This document shows positions 29,939 to 39,826 of a DNA stretch of 64,000 bases, piece by piece. Made by a program: the position numbers and the translations under genes. This stretch comes from an uncultured Dehalococcoidaceae bacterium (GTDB lineage: Bacteria > Chloroflexota > Dehalococcoidia > Dehalococcoidales > RBG-16-60-22). The notes under the pieces were generated by a model, which was not told where the DNA came from, made no database searches, and was given only the letters and a program-made list of their open reading frames with translations. Location: the NCBI GenBank assembly GCA_964342875.1, contig CAYFHI010000001.1, positions 5,384-69,383 of the forward strand. The letters are read 5' to 3'. How positions within the stretch are numbered: the first letter of the stretch is position 1; each line of letters starts with the position of its first letter.

Positions 29939-30454
29939 TTTCTTACCTCTCTCCCGTCATCGATTTGTAATGTAATGCTCGAGACCGTATAGTAGCTCAA
30001 TGGTATAATCTTGTCGGTAAATTTGTCAATTCCGTTGGTTGGACAGTACCGTATCCACGGTTGTATTTAATTCGCTCGTTGTTAGTATGATATACTGGTT
30101 AGAAACGCAGGTATGTAACCTTATAGAGGAGAAAACGGATATCGCTTTGACGATGATAGCTAGCAAATTAAACTTCAAGGCACACTGTAAAACCACGGCG
30201 ATGGCAATAATGCCTCACAGTGGCTTTAACAAAGCGCTGGATATGGTTCTCAGTCTTGATATTCCCTTCAGGCCGCAGCTATCCTATGTGTGATTTAAAT
30301 CATATGCACCCTCGGTTTTATTAATATAGAATCACTATGGCAAAACTATTGGCAGAATAATAATTTAGATTTATTTTCCATTACACCTTAAGAACGGCGA
30401 AATTGTTTCAGGATTCGGAAAGAATGGAATTCATCTGACAGAAGGAGATGGTAA

Positions 30455-30985
30455 ATGGTAACGGAACAGGAAAAAACTGCCGAAGTACTTAAAATGGCTA
30501 TCCAGATGGAAACCGATGGCAAAGAATTCTATTTAAAAGCCAGTAAAAAAAGCTCTAATGACATGGGAAAAACTTTGTTGCAAACACTGGCTAAGGAGGA
30601 AGATTTACATCGGATAAAGTTCCAGGAAATATACGATGCCATCAGTAAAGAAATGGCTTGGCCGACGGTTGATTTGCATCTCGATGGCGGCAAAAACCTG
30701 GAAACTGTATTAGCCACGGCAACTAGGGAAATAAGCTCTGATAACAAGGGGGTTTCAACTGAACTTGAGGCAGTTCAGACGGGGATGGCGATGGAGAATA
30801 AGACCTATGATTTGTATTTTGCCAGAGGTGAAAAAGCCAGCGGTAGTGCCGAGAAAGATTTTTATAAATCATTATCTGTAGAGGAAAGAATACACTACCA
30901 GCTTCTACAGGATTATTATGAATACCTGAAAGACCCGGCGGGGTGGTTTATTAGGAAAGAGCATCCGTCACTGGATGGCGGTTAA
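30455..30985 (+). CDS. Rubrerythrin/ferritin-like diiron-domain protein (no rubredoxin domain)
   Basis: 176 aa. Paired helices with E...ExxH patterns (EEDLHRIKF, EERIHYQLL). Confidence 0.65.
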   Translation: MVTEQEKTAEVLKMAIQMETDGKEFYLKASKKSSNDMGKTLLQTLAKEEDLHRIKFQEIYDAISKEMAWPTVDLHLDGGKNLETVLATATREISSDNKGVSTELEAVQTGMAMENKTYDLYFARGEKASGSAEKDFYKSLSVEERIHYQLLQDYYEYLKDPAGWFIRKEHPSLDGG

Positions 30986-31102
30986 GTAAACAATATAGTG
31001 TACCTCTCTCACGATCAGATGGTAACTACTTTCCTTGTTAATAACTGTGACACCGGAGAGTTTCGAACAGGCAAGGGAGTGGATTTAAAAGGAGATATTT
31101 GA

Positions 31103-32287
31103 ATGAGACCCAGAGAAATAAGGCCTGGGATATATCAGGTTGGAGCGATTGACTGGGACAGGCGGTTATTTGATGCCCTGGTACCTCTCCCTGACGGTAC
31201 CAGCTATAACTCATATTTAGTTAAAGGTAGCCGAAAGACAGCACTTATTGACACAGTAGACTCTTTGATGACAGACGTACTGGTTAACCACCTGGATAAG
31301 CTTGGAATTAAAAGGATAGATTACATTGTCGCTCATCACGCCGAACAGGATCACTCTGGTTCTATTCCCCGTATTATTGAAAAATATCCTCAAGTAAAAA
31401 TCGTTACCTCCCCCAAATGTAAAGGAATGCTTATTGACCTGTTGACTGTGCCGGAAGAGAAATTTGTCACCGTGGATGACCGGGAGACTCTATCACTGGG
31501 GGATAAAACCCTTGAGTTTATCCGCACACCATGGGTTCATTGGCCGGATACTATGGTTACCTATCTAAAAGAAGACAAAATATTATTCACCTGTGATTTC
31601 TTCGGTTCCCATATTGCCGGTAGTGACTTGTATGTGACTGATGAAGGAAAGGTAACTGAAGCTGCCAAGAGATATTATGCCGAAATTATGATGCCTTTCC
31701 GTACCGTTATCCAGAATAACCTGGAAAAAATCAAGGACTATGCCGTTGACTTAATTGCTCCTAGCCATGGCCCGGTTTATGATAAACCGAAATTCATTCT
31801 GAAAGCCTACCGTAGTTGGGTTACTGATGAACCAAAAAACATCGTAGTTTTGCCTTATATTACGATGCATGGTAGCACGCGCCGGATGGTCGAATACTTC
31901 GTCGATGCTTTAATCCAGAGAGGCGTGACGGTGAAACAGTTCGACCTGATAGCAACCGATATGGGTAGACTGGCGATAGCGCTTGTAGATGCTGCCACGC
32001 TAGTCATTGGGACGCCTACCGTTCTCGCCGGTCCGCATCCAAATGCTATTCGCGCCGTTTTCCTGGCAAATGCGCTGAGACCCAATCTAAAATTTGCGTC
32101 GATTATTGGTTCCTATGGCTGGGGGGGGCGTACTGTTGAACAACTGGTCGGCATTATCCCCAATCTGAAGGTAGAACTGTTGGAGCCCGTGCTCTCGAAG
32201 GGTCATCCCAGGGAGGAGATTTTTAAGGCTCTGGATAACCTTGCTGAAACAATTGCCCGAAAACACAAGGAGTATAATTTCAATTAA
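31103..32287 (+). CDS. fprA: FprA-type flavodiiron protein (MBL-like plus flavodoxin-like domains)
   Basis: 394 aa. Diiron motif HHAEQDHSG and a C-terminal flavodoxin-like half. Confidence 0.87.
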   Translation: MRPREIRPGIYQVGAIDWDRRLFDALVPLPDGTSYNSYLVKGSRKTALIDTVDSLMTDVLVNHLDKLGIKRIDYIVAHHAEQDHSGSIPRIIEKYPQVKIVTSPKCKGMLIDLLTVPEEKFVTVDDRETLSLGDKTLEFIRTPWVHWPDTMVTYLKEDKILFTCDFFGSHIAGSDLYVTDEGKVTEAAKRYYAEIMMPFRTVIQNNLEKIKDYAVDLIAPSHGPVYDKPKFILKAYRSWVTDEPKNIVVLPYITMHGSTRRMVEYFVDALIQRGVTVKQFDLIATDMGRLAIALVDAATLVIGTPTVLAGPHPNAIRAVFLANALRPNLKFASIIGSYGWGGRTVEQLVGIIPNLKVELLEPVLSKGHPREEIFKALDNLAETIARKHKEYNFN

Positions 32288-32289
32288 TA

Positions 32290-32850
32290 ATGGTAAGGAG
32301 AGGTCAATACAAAAGGAAAATCATTGGGCTGTTAAATGCTGACCTTCAGGATGAACATAGTGCCATTATCCAGTATCTAGATCAAGCCTACGTAATGCGT
32401 GGAGGCGAAATGTCTTGTGAGGTTGAAGCTATCTACCGGGATGAAATGCGCCATCTGGACTGGCTGGCGAAAGCAATTGTCGAACTCTGCGGCATTCTCA
32501 GCCTGGATAGAAGTAAAATGATGATGAGCGGTAAACGGGTGACCGAGTGGATGAGCAATGACGTGAGCTTGGGAGAGAGTGCCATCATCCAGTACAGGGA
32601 ACAAATAAATCTTATCGATAACCCTAGGATAAAACGACTGCTGAAACGTATCCTTTCGGATGAGGAGGCGCATCGGGATAAATTTACCCAAGATGTGGGG
32701 AACGGATATTATCGGCATGGCGAAACTATTCGGAAACTGAATTGGGCCATAGAGCATGAGTACACCGTCATTCTTCAGTATTTATTCCATTCTTACATGA
32801 CAACCAGCCCGGAAACGAAAAACCAGTTTGAAAACCAGGCGGTTAATTAA
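32290..32850 (+). CDS. Ferritin/bacterioferritin-like protein, apparently the truncated front of a tandem two-domain gene
   Basis: Domain 1 is complete (LNADLQDEHSAIIQYL...RDEMRHLDWLAKAIVELCG...SDEEAHRDKF). Domain 2 starts (LNWAIEHEYTVILQYL) but ends at a TAA that aligns with the Glu of the ExxH motif. Confidence 0.6.
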   Translation: MVRRGQYKRKIIGLLNADLQDEHSAIIQYLDQAYVMRGGEMSCEVEAIYRDEMRHLDWLAKAIVELCGILSLDRSKMMMSGKRVTEWMSNDVSLGESAIIQYREQINLIDNPRIKRLLKRILSDEEAHRDKFTQDVGNGYYRHGETIRKLNWAIEHEYTVILQYLFHSYMTTSPETKNQFENQAVN

Positions 32851-33134
32851 ATGCAGTACCTTGGCTGGCTTGTCGGGAAGCTGGTTGATATGGGCGGCGT
32901 ACCAAATTTGATCGTTCTAGGGAAACCGCCAAAATGCCGCGCGCCAATATCGATATAGAAGAGAAGATGGCTACTAAGTATGGACGCCATAGCATGGAAA
33001 TTGAAGACCCCGACCTGAAAAAACTCCTTCAGCGCATCAGGGATGAGGATAGCGGTCGTATTGACCCGAAAATCAATGAAGACTACCACCATGAGGTGTT
33101 TAATGACCTGCTTCAAGAGGAGGAAGGAAGATAA
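32851..33134 (+). pseudogene. Detached, frameshifted remainder of the second ferritin-like domain
   Basis: Immediately after the TAA: MQYLGWLVGKLVDMGG (compare MRHLDWLAKAIVELCG). A stop and frame change then lead to ...DPDLKKLLQRIRDEDSG... (compare NPRIKRLLKRILSDEEAH). Confidence 0.45.
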
Positions 33135-33182
33135 AAGGTACAAATGTTCTTTTTGTAAATCGGAAGAGGAGGTATTTTTAAC

Positions 33183-33662
33183 ATGCCTGATTCCTTTACC
33201 GGTAATGACCTGATTAATATAGCCATCGGTATCGAAAGAAATGGAATCGCCTTTTACGATATCATGTCCAAGTCGACAGAAAATGCGGAAACCAGCGACA
33301 TTTTTCGCCATCTCGCTCAAATGGAGGGGCAGCATATTCAGATTTTTCAGGGTATGCTTAATGAATCCAATAGATACCTCGAAATAGAAACCAAGGAACA
33401 TATATCTTATCTACAGACGTTAGCCGATAACGCTATTTTCACCGATGAAATGGTCACCAGCGAATTGGCTACCCAGGCGGATAGTGACGTTAAAGCCTTG
33501 GAACTGGCAATCGTTGCCGAAAAGGACTCACTGTTATTTTATTACCAGATGAGGGACATGGTTCCACGGCAGGCATACCCTGAGGTAAATAAGATAATAG
33601 ATGAGGAAAAATCACACTTGAGGCTGCTTTCTGAATTGAAAAAGCGGCTAGCGGCTATTTAA
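33183..33662 (+). CDS. Rubrerythrin/ferritin-like domain protein
   Basis: 159 aa. IAIGIERNGIAFY...LAQMEGQHIQIF...AIVAEKDSLLFY...EEKSHLRLL four-helix pattern. Confidence 0.62.
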   Translation: MPDSFTGNDLINIAIGIERNGIAFYDIMSKSTENAETSDIFRHLAQMEGQHIQIFQGMLNESNRYLEIETKEHISYLQTLADNAIFTDEMVTSELATQADSDVKALELAIVAEKDSLLFYYQMRDMVPRQAYPEVNKIIDEEKSHLRLLSELKKRLAAI

Positions 33663-33950
33663 CCTAGGGATATTTATCGTGTTAGAAGCGAAGATACTAA
33701 ATGAATACCATAATGTGGCAATAGGCGGCTTATCTTCTCAAGCCGGAGTGGTCCAGCAACCGCGTACTCAGCGAAAACGAGCTGGCGATGGCATGGTTCT
33801 AAAGTAGGTACGTGGCTACCATTGCTAAAAAACTGGCAGCGAAATGATCCGGTGATAATATAAGAGGCACAACAAGGTGGAGCAGGTAGTCTTCTATGCT
33901 TCACCTGAACAAACAGGTAATTATAAAAATATGTGCTTCGGGGATTTAGA

Positions 33951-34487
33951 ATGACGCTCGCTCACGGTAATAGCTTTGAACCGGCACAATTTCTGGTGGA
34001 AAATACCGGACTCTTGCCGAAAGGGAGAGTCCTTGATGTGGCTATGGGCGTCGGAAGAAATGCGGTTTATCTGGCTAAGATAGGTTTCAATGTAGAAGGT
34101 ATTGACAGGTCTCCGGAAGCAGTTGCCTCTGCCCGGGAAGTGGCGCAAAATGCCGGGGTATCTATCAAAGCACAGCTTGCTGACCTTGAAGATGATTATT
34201 CAACTGAAAAGAGCGTCTATGATGTGGTCATCTGCTTTAATTATTTGCAGCGTTCCCTGATACCGCAGATTAAGAGTGGGCTGCGAAAAGGTGGAATGGT
34301 AGTCTATGAAACCTTTATCATCGACCAGGTACAATGGGGAAAACCAAAAAACCCGGATTACTTGTTAAAACATAATGAACTTGTTGACATGTTTGGTAGC
34401 TTCCGGTGTCTCCGGTATCGTGAGGGAATCATCGGGGTGGGAGGAAATAGGCGGGCTGTTGCCAGTATAGTTGCTGAAAAGGTGTAA
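33951..34487 (+). CDS. Class I SAM-dependent methyltransferase
   Basis: Motif I VLDVAMGVGRNAVYLA and post-I/II motifs. ATG at 33951 preferred over the GTG at 33933. Confidence 0.8.
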   Translation: MTLAHGNSFEPAQFLVENTGLLPKGRVLDVAMGVGRNAVYLAKIGFNVEGIDRSPEAVASAREVAQNAGVSIKAQLADLEDDYSTEKSVYDVVICFNYLQRSLIPQIKSGLRKGGMVVYETFIIDQVQWGKPKNPDYLLKHNELVDMFGSFRCLRYREGIIGVGGNRRAVASIVAEKV

Positions 34488-34578
34488 GTGTTTACGGGTG
34501 AGGGTATTAGCGGATGCTGAAGGATTGTGGAGGACTTAGCTGATACGGATGAAAAGAATTAAAAGGAGATAGTTCACT

Positions 34579-35889
34579 ATGGCGAAAAAATTTATTATTG
34601 TTTTGTTTGTTATTTTGGCATGGCTGGGTGCTGGACACGGCTATTACTCATACACACTTAATCAGCAGATTGATTCATTAACTGAACAATTGACATCTTT
34701 TCAGATGGAGCAAAGCGCACAGCTTGGTGCCATTAACGATGGACTTGCCGCCAATCTCCCCAGGATTGCAGGACTGGAAGCAGAAACCAGCAGAATCCAG
34801 GAAAGTGTCGGGAAACTTGAATCAGAGTTAAATGAAGCCAGGAAGGGCATCGATAAAATAGGGAATGAAGTGCACGAAACGCAATTAAGAGTGGCAATGG
34901 CCGAATATGAAATTGGAGGAACCATCGTCAACATTGACACCCTAAAAGACGAAATATCTTCTACCACTGCTGAATTTTCCAAGTCCCAGATAAATGCGCA
35001 AATGGTGTATGAACAGGTCTTCCGGGCTACGGTCAGGGTTACCGATGGAGAAAGCACAATAGGTTCCGGTTTTATCTTTGATAACGAGGCGCGTGTCGTG
35101 ACGGCTCACCATGTTATCGAAAATTTGTCTGAAATACACATTGTTTTTCCGGATGGGAAAACTTCCAGGGCGGAGGTTACAGGCAGTTCTCGTGACGCTG
35201 ATGTTGCCGTTCTTACCCTTAACGACAAACCGGTTATTGAAGCGCTGGTAATGGCAGACTCTTCGGAGTTAAAAATCGGGGAACCGGTGGTCGCAATCGG
35301 TAATCCCTTTGAACTGTCGGAAACATTAACGGCTGGTATTGTCAGCCAGGTTAGCCGTACGGCGGAATTAGGTACTGACATCCCGGCGCGCAGGATTGAT
35401 AATCTAATCCAGTTTGATGCCGCTGCTAATTCCGGTAACTCTGGAGGTGCCCTAGTGAATTCCAGAGGCGAGGTTGTGGGGATGGTTATTGCCAGGGTTA
35501 ACCCGAATAAAGGAGACGGAGTCTATTATGCCGTCTCTGCAAATAAGGTTAAAAAGGTTGCCGCTTCACTCATTGATCGGGGATTTTTTGACTATCCCTG
35601 GCTCGGTGTTTCGGTAAGTGATATTACCCCGAAATTCGCTCAGGAAGAAGCCCTTGAGTCAGTACACGGTGTTGTGATAAGAGGAGTTTCGTCAGGTGGT
35701 CCGGCGGCGGCGTCTGGGATTAAAGTTGATGATATTTTGGTGTCTATCGACGGGATGATAATCCATGACGTAAGTGGCCTTACATCTTATCTGGGAGAGT
35801 ATGCAATCCCCGGTGACTTGGCAACAATAATATTAATCCGGGGCACTGATAATCTTGATCTATCCGTGGAAATAGGCAAACGTCCTTAA
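34579..35889 (+). CDS. HtrA/DegP-family (S1C) serine protease with N-terminal TM/coiled coil and C-terminal PDZ
   Basis: 436 aa. Triad contexts TAHHVI, DADVAVL and GNSGGAL. PDZ-like C-terminus. Confidence 0.85.
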   Translation: MAKKFIIVLFVILAWLGAGHGYYSYTLNQQIDSLTEQLTSFQMEQSAQLGAINDGLAANLPRIAGLEAETSRIQESVGKLESELNEARKGIDKIGNEVHETQLRVAMAEYEIGGTIVNIDTLKDEISSTTAEFSKSQINAQMVYEQVFRATVRVTDGESTIGSGFIFDNEARVVTAHHVIENLSEIHIVFPDGKTSRAEVTGSSRDADVAVLTLNDKPVIEALVMADSSELKIGEPVVAIGNPFELSETLTAGIVSQVSRTAELGTDIPARRIDNLIQFDAAANSGNSGGALVNSRGEVVGMVIARVNPNKGDGVYYAVSANKVKKVAASLIDRGFFDYPWLGVSVSDITPKFAQEEALESVHGVVIRGVSSGGPAAASGIKVDDILVSIDGMIIHDVSGLTSYLGEYAIPGDLATIILIRGTDNLDLSVEIGKRP

Positions 35890-35955
35890 TAGCTGGAAAT
35901 ATCGGCGTGCGACGTAATAATTTTAGCCAAGAAATAAACAGTCCGGCATCCAAAA

Positions 35956-36516
35956 TCAACTGACTTTGCCGTATCTGATGAATGCGTAGATCTTTTTCCT
36001 GAACATCAGAACCAGTCCGAACCAGAGTAGTATTATCAATCCGATAATCTCAGGTACGAATACGCCGGGATCTGCCAGCAAACTATGAAATATATTCGTT
36101 ATCCAACCAGATAGATTTAACCGGTCAACGACAAAACCGAATAGGGGCCAGAACAAGGTTTGTGGAGTATTTCACATCCGGTCAAGAATCAGATGTGTGA
36201 ACGTGCCAAGGGCAAGGGTTAATGGCTAGTTTTTATCATGGCGCTGATGCAAATAAATCCCGGCTGCGCTAATCAGGACGAGGGACAAAAGCCTATGGCC
36301 GTATATCCTGCCGTTACTCAGGGTCTCACTGAGAAATACCTGTCCTACCTGTTTGTCAATAATGTCCGGGAGGAGCGAGCCGACCATGAGAAGCCTTACG
36401 TTCAGGTACTCTCCTGCTGAAGTAATCCATGTTTTTTTAATTATTCCCCAGAGCGTATGATATAGCAGCTGTCGCCCCAAGAGTAATTCCGGTATGTCCG
36501 AATAATAGCATGTCAT
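35956..36516 (-). pseudogene. DUF457/YdjM-like membrane metal-dependent hydrolase interrupted by two in-frame stops
   Basis: Track ORFs 36226-36516 and 35956-36156 share one frame. The connecting text reads ...HQRHDKN[TAG]PLTLALGTFTHLILDRM[TGA]NTPQTLFWPLFGFV..., so family-like sequence continues across both stops. Confidence 0.55.
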
Positions 36517-37159
36517 TTTTTAGAGAGTTACAGGTTTGAGGCCTGCATGGCCTATATTCCTTTCGGTATGAAAAAGATGTCTGGTAGTGTACTGTTGTTG
36601 CCTGATTTTTGCTTTTTATAGTCTACAAATTCCCTGTCGCCAAAATGATTAGCAAACTAGAAGAGGTAATGAAAAAGAATATGGCGAGAATTCTCAAGTA
36701 TATTATACTTGCTTTTTCCATTCAAGGTTTATTATGCTTGATTGACCAATAGTAGAATCTTGTATTAATATTATCTTTACCTTGCAACCTTTCCAACTAA
36801 TTAATATACAAATTAGAAAACCGCTTAAGTGATCTCCCGGTTCGTTTTGGGAGAATGGCGAAATATAAACCAATAATCCAGAATATAGCGAGTATCAAGA
36901 TTGTCACGTCTATTAACATTAAACTACCTTCTCACTATCTGAATTGTTTCCAACATCTTTTAAGACCGTTCTTAGGATCAGTATTCTTTTGCTAGACATA
37001 TTCTAACCTATTTTCGGCTATCGGGAACACTGGTCTTGAAAAGTAATCGAATCGTTAATAGGAAAATCGATGAGAAAGTATGATCCCATATCCCCAAATG
37101 GGTCCTCTCTCTTGACGGCTCTACTTGTAGCGGATAGACTGGGAGAGAGTCAGTGAATA

Positions 37160-37747
37160 ATGAAAATAATTGGACTTACCGGTGGTATAGGAAGTGGCAA
37201 AAGCACTGTTGCCCGCTTCCTGACAGAACTAGGTGCCGTTGTTCTGGACGCGGACAAAATAGGGCATAAGTTACTATTGTCCGGCGGTGGGGCATGGCAG
37301 CCGGTAGTCGACGCTTTCGGTAAACAAGTTGTTGCTCCAAACGGAGATATCGACCGTCAAGAGCTGGGTCAAAAAGTTTTTGCCGATTCGGAAGCAAGAA
37401 TTCGGTTGAATCGGATAATGCACCCCTTGATATTTGATGTGGTAAAAGCTCAACTTCAGGAATACCGGCAGAAGGGAGCAATCGTTGTCGTCATTGAAGC
37501 GCCACTCTTGCTGGAAGCAGCTTGGAAATCGGTGGTTGACGAGGTCTGGGTTACCGTAGCCTCCGAGAGCACGATTCTTAAACGACTCAGGGAAAGAGCC
37601 GGGTTAATCGGGCAGGAGGTTCGGGCTCGCATCGGTGCGCAATTACCTTCCGACATTCGAATACATCAAGCCGACATCGTCATTGATACCGATTGTAGCC
37701 TTGATGAGTTAAAAGTAAAGACGAAAAAGCTCTGGGAATGGCTCTAG
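37160..37747 (+). CDS. coaE: Dephospho-CoA kinase
   Basis: 195 aa. P-loop GLTGGIGSGKST. Confidence 0.92.
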   Translation: MKIIGLTGGIGSGKSTVARFLTELGAVVLDADKIGHKLLLSGGGAWQPVVDAFGKQVVAPNGDIDRQELGQKVFADSEARIRLNRIMHPLIFDVVKAQLQEYRQKGAIVVVIEAPLLLEAAWKSVVDEVWVTVASESTILKRLRERAGLIGQEVRARIGAQLPSDIRIHQADIVIDTDCSLDELKVKTKKLWEWL

Positions 37748-37768
37748 GGATAAAACAATTAATAGCTG

Positions 37769-38602
37769 TCAGTGGATGGCTATCGGTCTTTTGTTCTTGA
37801 TAATTGCGATTTTTTCAGCAGGCCCGCTGAAAAAGTAACCTGAGCCTCCCTCCGCCACTAGGCGCATAAATCCGGCGGCGTCATTAACTTTAATTCCTCC
37901 CAGTACCGTGACTCCCCGGGAGAAAAAAGGCTCTGGCCAGAGACTGGCGGTTGGCCCTGCCAAGATGATTTCGCCGGCATTACTGCATAGTTGGAGTAAT
38001 TCGTCGAATCCGCCTTCTACCAGTGCCGATCCGGTAATAATAGCTATATTTGCCTGAGGAAGTACTTCCTCGATAGAATCTGGAGATACCCAAAGCGATA
38101 GCTCGTCTTTTTTCAGGGACTCCGGATGCTTGTCGATAATCCTTAAATTAGCCCCCTGTTTCCTGAGTTTCTGGATGAAAGGAATAAAGGCTCCTACCAT
38201 GACTATTTTATCCGGTGCCTCGATTTTTACCATATCTAGGGCATCCGCTTTAGGCAGTATTTCCCCTCCTGGGATGGCTCTTTCCGCCATCAGGCAGGCA
38301 GAAAGAGCGTTAAGAGTAGCTATACCTATGGCGCGCCGCAGGCGAAAAGGGCTCGTAGCCTGGCGTGCCGTCTCCCAGGCATCACGCTCCCTGAGGTGCC
38401 CCGCTTCTGGTAGTTCCTTTGCCGAGCGCGGACAACATACCGTATCCGAAAGGTCGCGGGGGGTGAAGGCTGTTCCAACGTGATTGCTGGATAGTCTTAC
38501 AGCGGTGTAAAATACACCGACGCATATCTCAGCGGTTTTAAGGGGTCGATGATTGAGTCCGGTTGCCAGCGAGCCAATCAATTCGTCAACAAGCATTACC
38601 AC
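37769..38602 (-). CDS. DUF4213/DUF364-like Rossmann-type protein (putative metal/cofactor handling)
   Basis: 277 aa. The N-terminal VGVFYTAVRLSSNHVGTAFT and C-terminal ...IAIITGSALVEG pattern resembles the DUF364 family. By-eye call. Confidence 0.45.
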   Translation of the reverse strand: MVMLVDELIGSLATGLNHRPLKTAEICVGVFYTAVRLSSNHVGTAFTPRDLSDTVCCPRSAKELPEAGHLRERDAWETARQATSPFRLRRAIGIATLNALSACLMAERAIPGGEILPKADALDMVKIEAPDKIVMVGAFIPFIQKLRKQGANLRIIDKHPESLKKDELSLWVSPDSIEEVLPQANIAIITGSALVEGGFDELLQLCSNAGEIILAGPTASLWPEPFFSRGVTVLGGIKVNDAAGFMRLVAEGGSGYFFSGPAEKIAIIKNKRPIAIH

Positions 38603-38804
38603 CTCTCTGGTATATTCTTACACCCGTATATATTTTAACATACTCGTTATCTGCCATCAATGAGTCCGTTCGAATGGTTCTATTTGCATTTGGTTGATAG
38701 TCTTGCCTCACCACTGACCCTTCTACAAGCTTAAAAACAATAAGACTATGGTCATTTAACCAGTGTTTGGGAGTGGGGTAGGGCAATAACTAATTATTCG
38801 GGTA

Positions 38805-39101
38805 TTAACCGCCACTTATAATGTAGGCTATTACTGCGATAGATAATTCGCTATTAGTCTTTAACATCGTATTTGATCCATCAATTTCACTAATATTGTG
38901 GCCATCAAGTTGTATTATTGTCAAGGGCCGAAGTTGCCAATCAGGGGTTAGAATATTGTCTTTGAACTCATTACCGTATTTCTTAACCAATAAACGCAAC
39001 AAATCTCCCACTGTAGCGTTATCCGAGATATGATACTCCTTATCTCGGTTGCCTACAATGTGTTGGAGCAAACCATAATATGTAATTTTTACCTTACCCA
39101 T
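38805..39101 (-). CDS. MoaD/ThiS-family ubiquitin-like sulfur-carrier protein (C-terminal GG)
   Basis: 98 aa. Beta-grasp-like pattern ending ...IISGG*. Confidence 0.62.
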   Translation of the reverse strand: MGKVKITYYGLLQHIVGNRDKEYHISDNATVGDLLRLLVKKYGNEFKDNILTPDWQLRPLTIIQLDGHNISEIDGSNTMLKTNSELSIAVIAYIISGG

Positions 39102-39218
39102 GTGTTAGGGGCTCCCTGTTCATTCTAACGTGGATAAAAAGCAAGCGGCATGAAATTGGCAGGCCATACTTCAAAGCGGTCTAATGTTATTTCTTTCTTC
39201 TTATCTATCTTTACAATC

Positions 39219-39824
39219 CTAGTCAATATAATAGACTGACGGATTAGTACCTAATTCTGCCTGAAGCTGAATACCTCTCCTTTCCCTGATTAATTGTGAG
39301 ACCTCACTTGCCGGGTCGTCGAGGTTACCAAAGATGCACGCTTTTGTAGGACAGGTAATCACACAAGCCGGTTCCAGCCCCTGTTCTAGCCGACGAAAAC
39401 AGAAATCACATTTCTGCACTGTTGCCCTCTGGAAATCTTGAGGTGCCGTTACTTCATAGGGATTGAGTCCCTTCGGGAAATAGGTCTTATCCTTGGGCTT
39501 CCCCCAGTAAAATCGGCTTCCATAAGGACACGCCATCATACAGGTACGACACCCGATGCAGATATCATAATCCACATAAACTATGTCGTCATCTCGCTTC
39601 GCGGTTGCCCCGGTAGGGTAAATATCGTGGCAGGGAGGTTCCTGACAATGGTAACAAAGCGTTGGAAGGTAGGTTCTGTTGACTGAAGGGTATTTCCCTT
39701 CTTCCTTCTCTATTACCCGTGCCCAGAAAACTGGCGGTGGGGTTTTATTCTCGACTTTGCAAGCCATCAGGCAAGCGTAACAACCGATGCTTCTTTTTAG
39801 GTCCAATATCATTTCGTATCTCAC
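39219..39824 (-). CDS. 4Fe-4S ferredoxin-type electron-transfer subunit of a DMSO-reductase-family enzyme
   Basis: 201 aa with four Cys groups. Groups III (CIGCRTCMMACP) and IV (CDFC...CVITCP) are canonical. Group I reads SIGCYACLMAC and group II CYHCQEPPCHDIYP. Confidence 0.85.
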   Translation of the reverse strand: MRYEMILDLKRSIGCYACLMACKVENKTPPPVFWARVIEKEEGKYPSVNRTYLPTLCYHCQEPPCHDIYPTGATAKRDDDIVYVDYDICIGCRTCMMACPYGSRFYWGKPKDKTYFPKGLNPYEVTAPQDFQRATVQKCDFCFRRLEQGLEPACVITCPTKACIFGNLDDPASEVSQLIRERRGIQLQAELGTNPSVYYID

Positions 39825-39826
39825 TT

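Noticed and set aside
30153-30293. A 46-codon ORF, MIASKLNFKAHCKTTAMAIMPHSGFNKALDMVLSLDIPFRPQLSYV*. It resembles the N-terminus of short MetE-like/URO-D-like TIM-barrel methyltransferases (..SLPH...A.DL.L...IPFWPQLP).
   Set aside because: The similarity is from memory of a loose motif only. There is no RBS at proper spacing. If real, it is a 5-prime gene stub, so I did not list it as a feature.
32847-33401. A 184-aa minus-strand ORF spanning the ferritin-like remnant and the start of the next rubrerythrin-like gene.
   Set aside because: It overlaps two plus-strand regions with clear family motifs and has no recognisable domain of its own. It is probably spurious.
33663-33950. Small ORFs 33674-33904(-) and 33921-34148(-) in or overlapping the gap before the methyltransferase gene.
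   Set aside because: They have no motifs or RBS. One overlaps the well-supported plus-strand methyltransferase. They are likely non-coding.
36517-37159. A 640-bp gap with tiny hydrophobic ORFs: a 27-aa ORF on the plus strand at about 36669 and a 40-aa ORF on the minus strand from about 36918.
   Set aside because: They are too short and unsupported. Small membrane peptides remain possible, but nothing in the sequence alone justifies a call.
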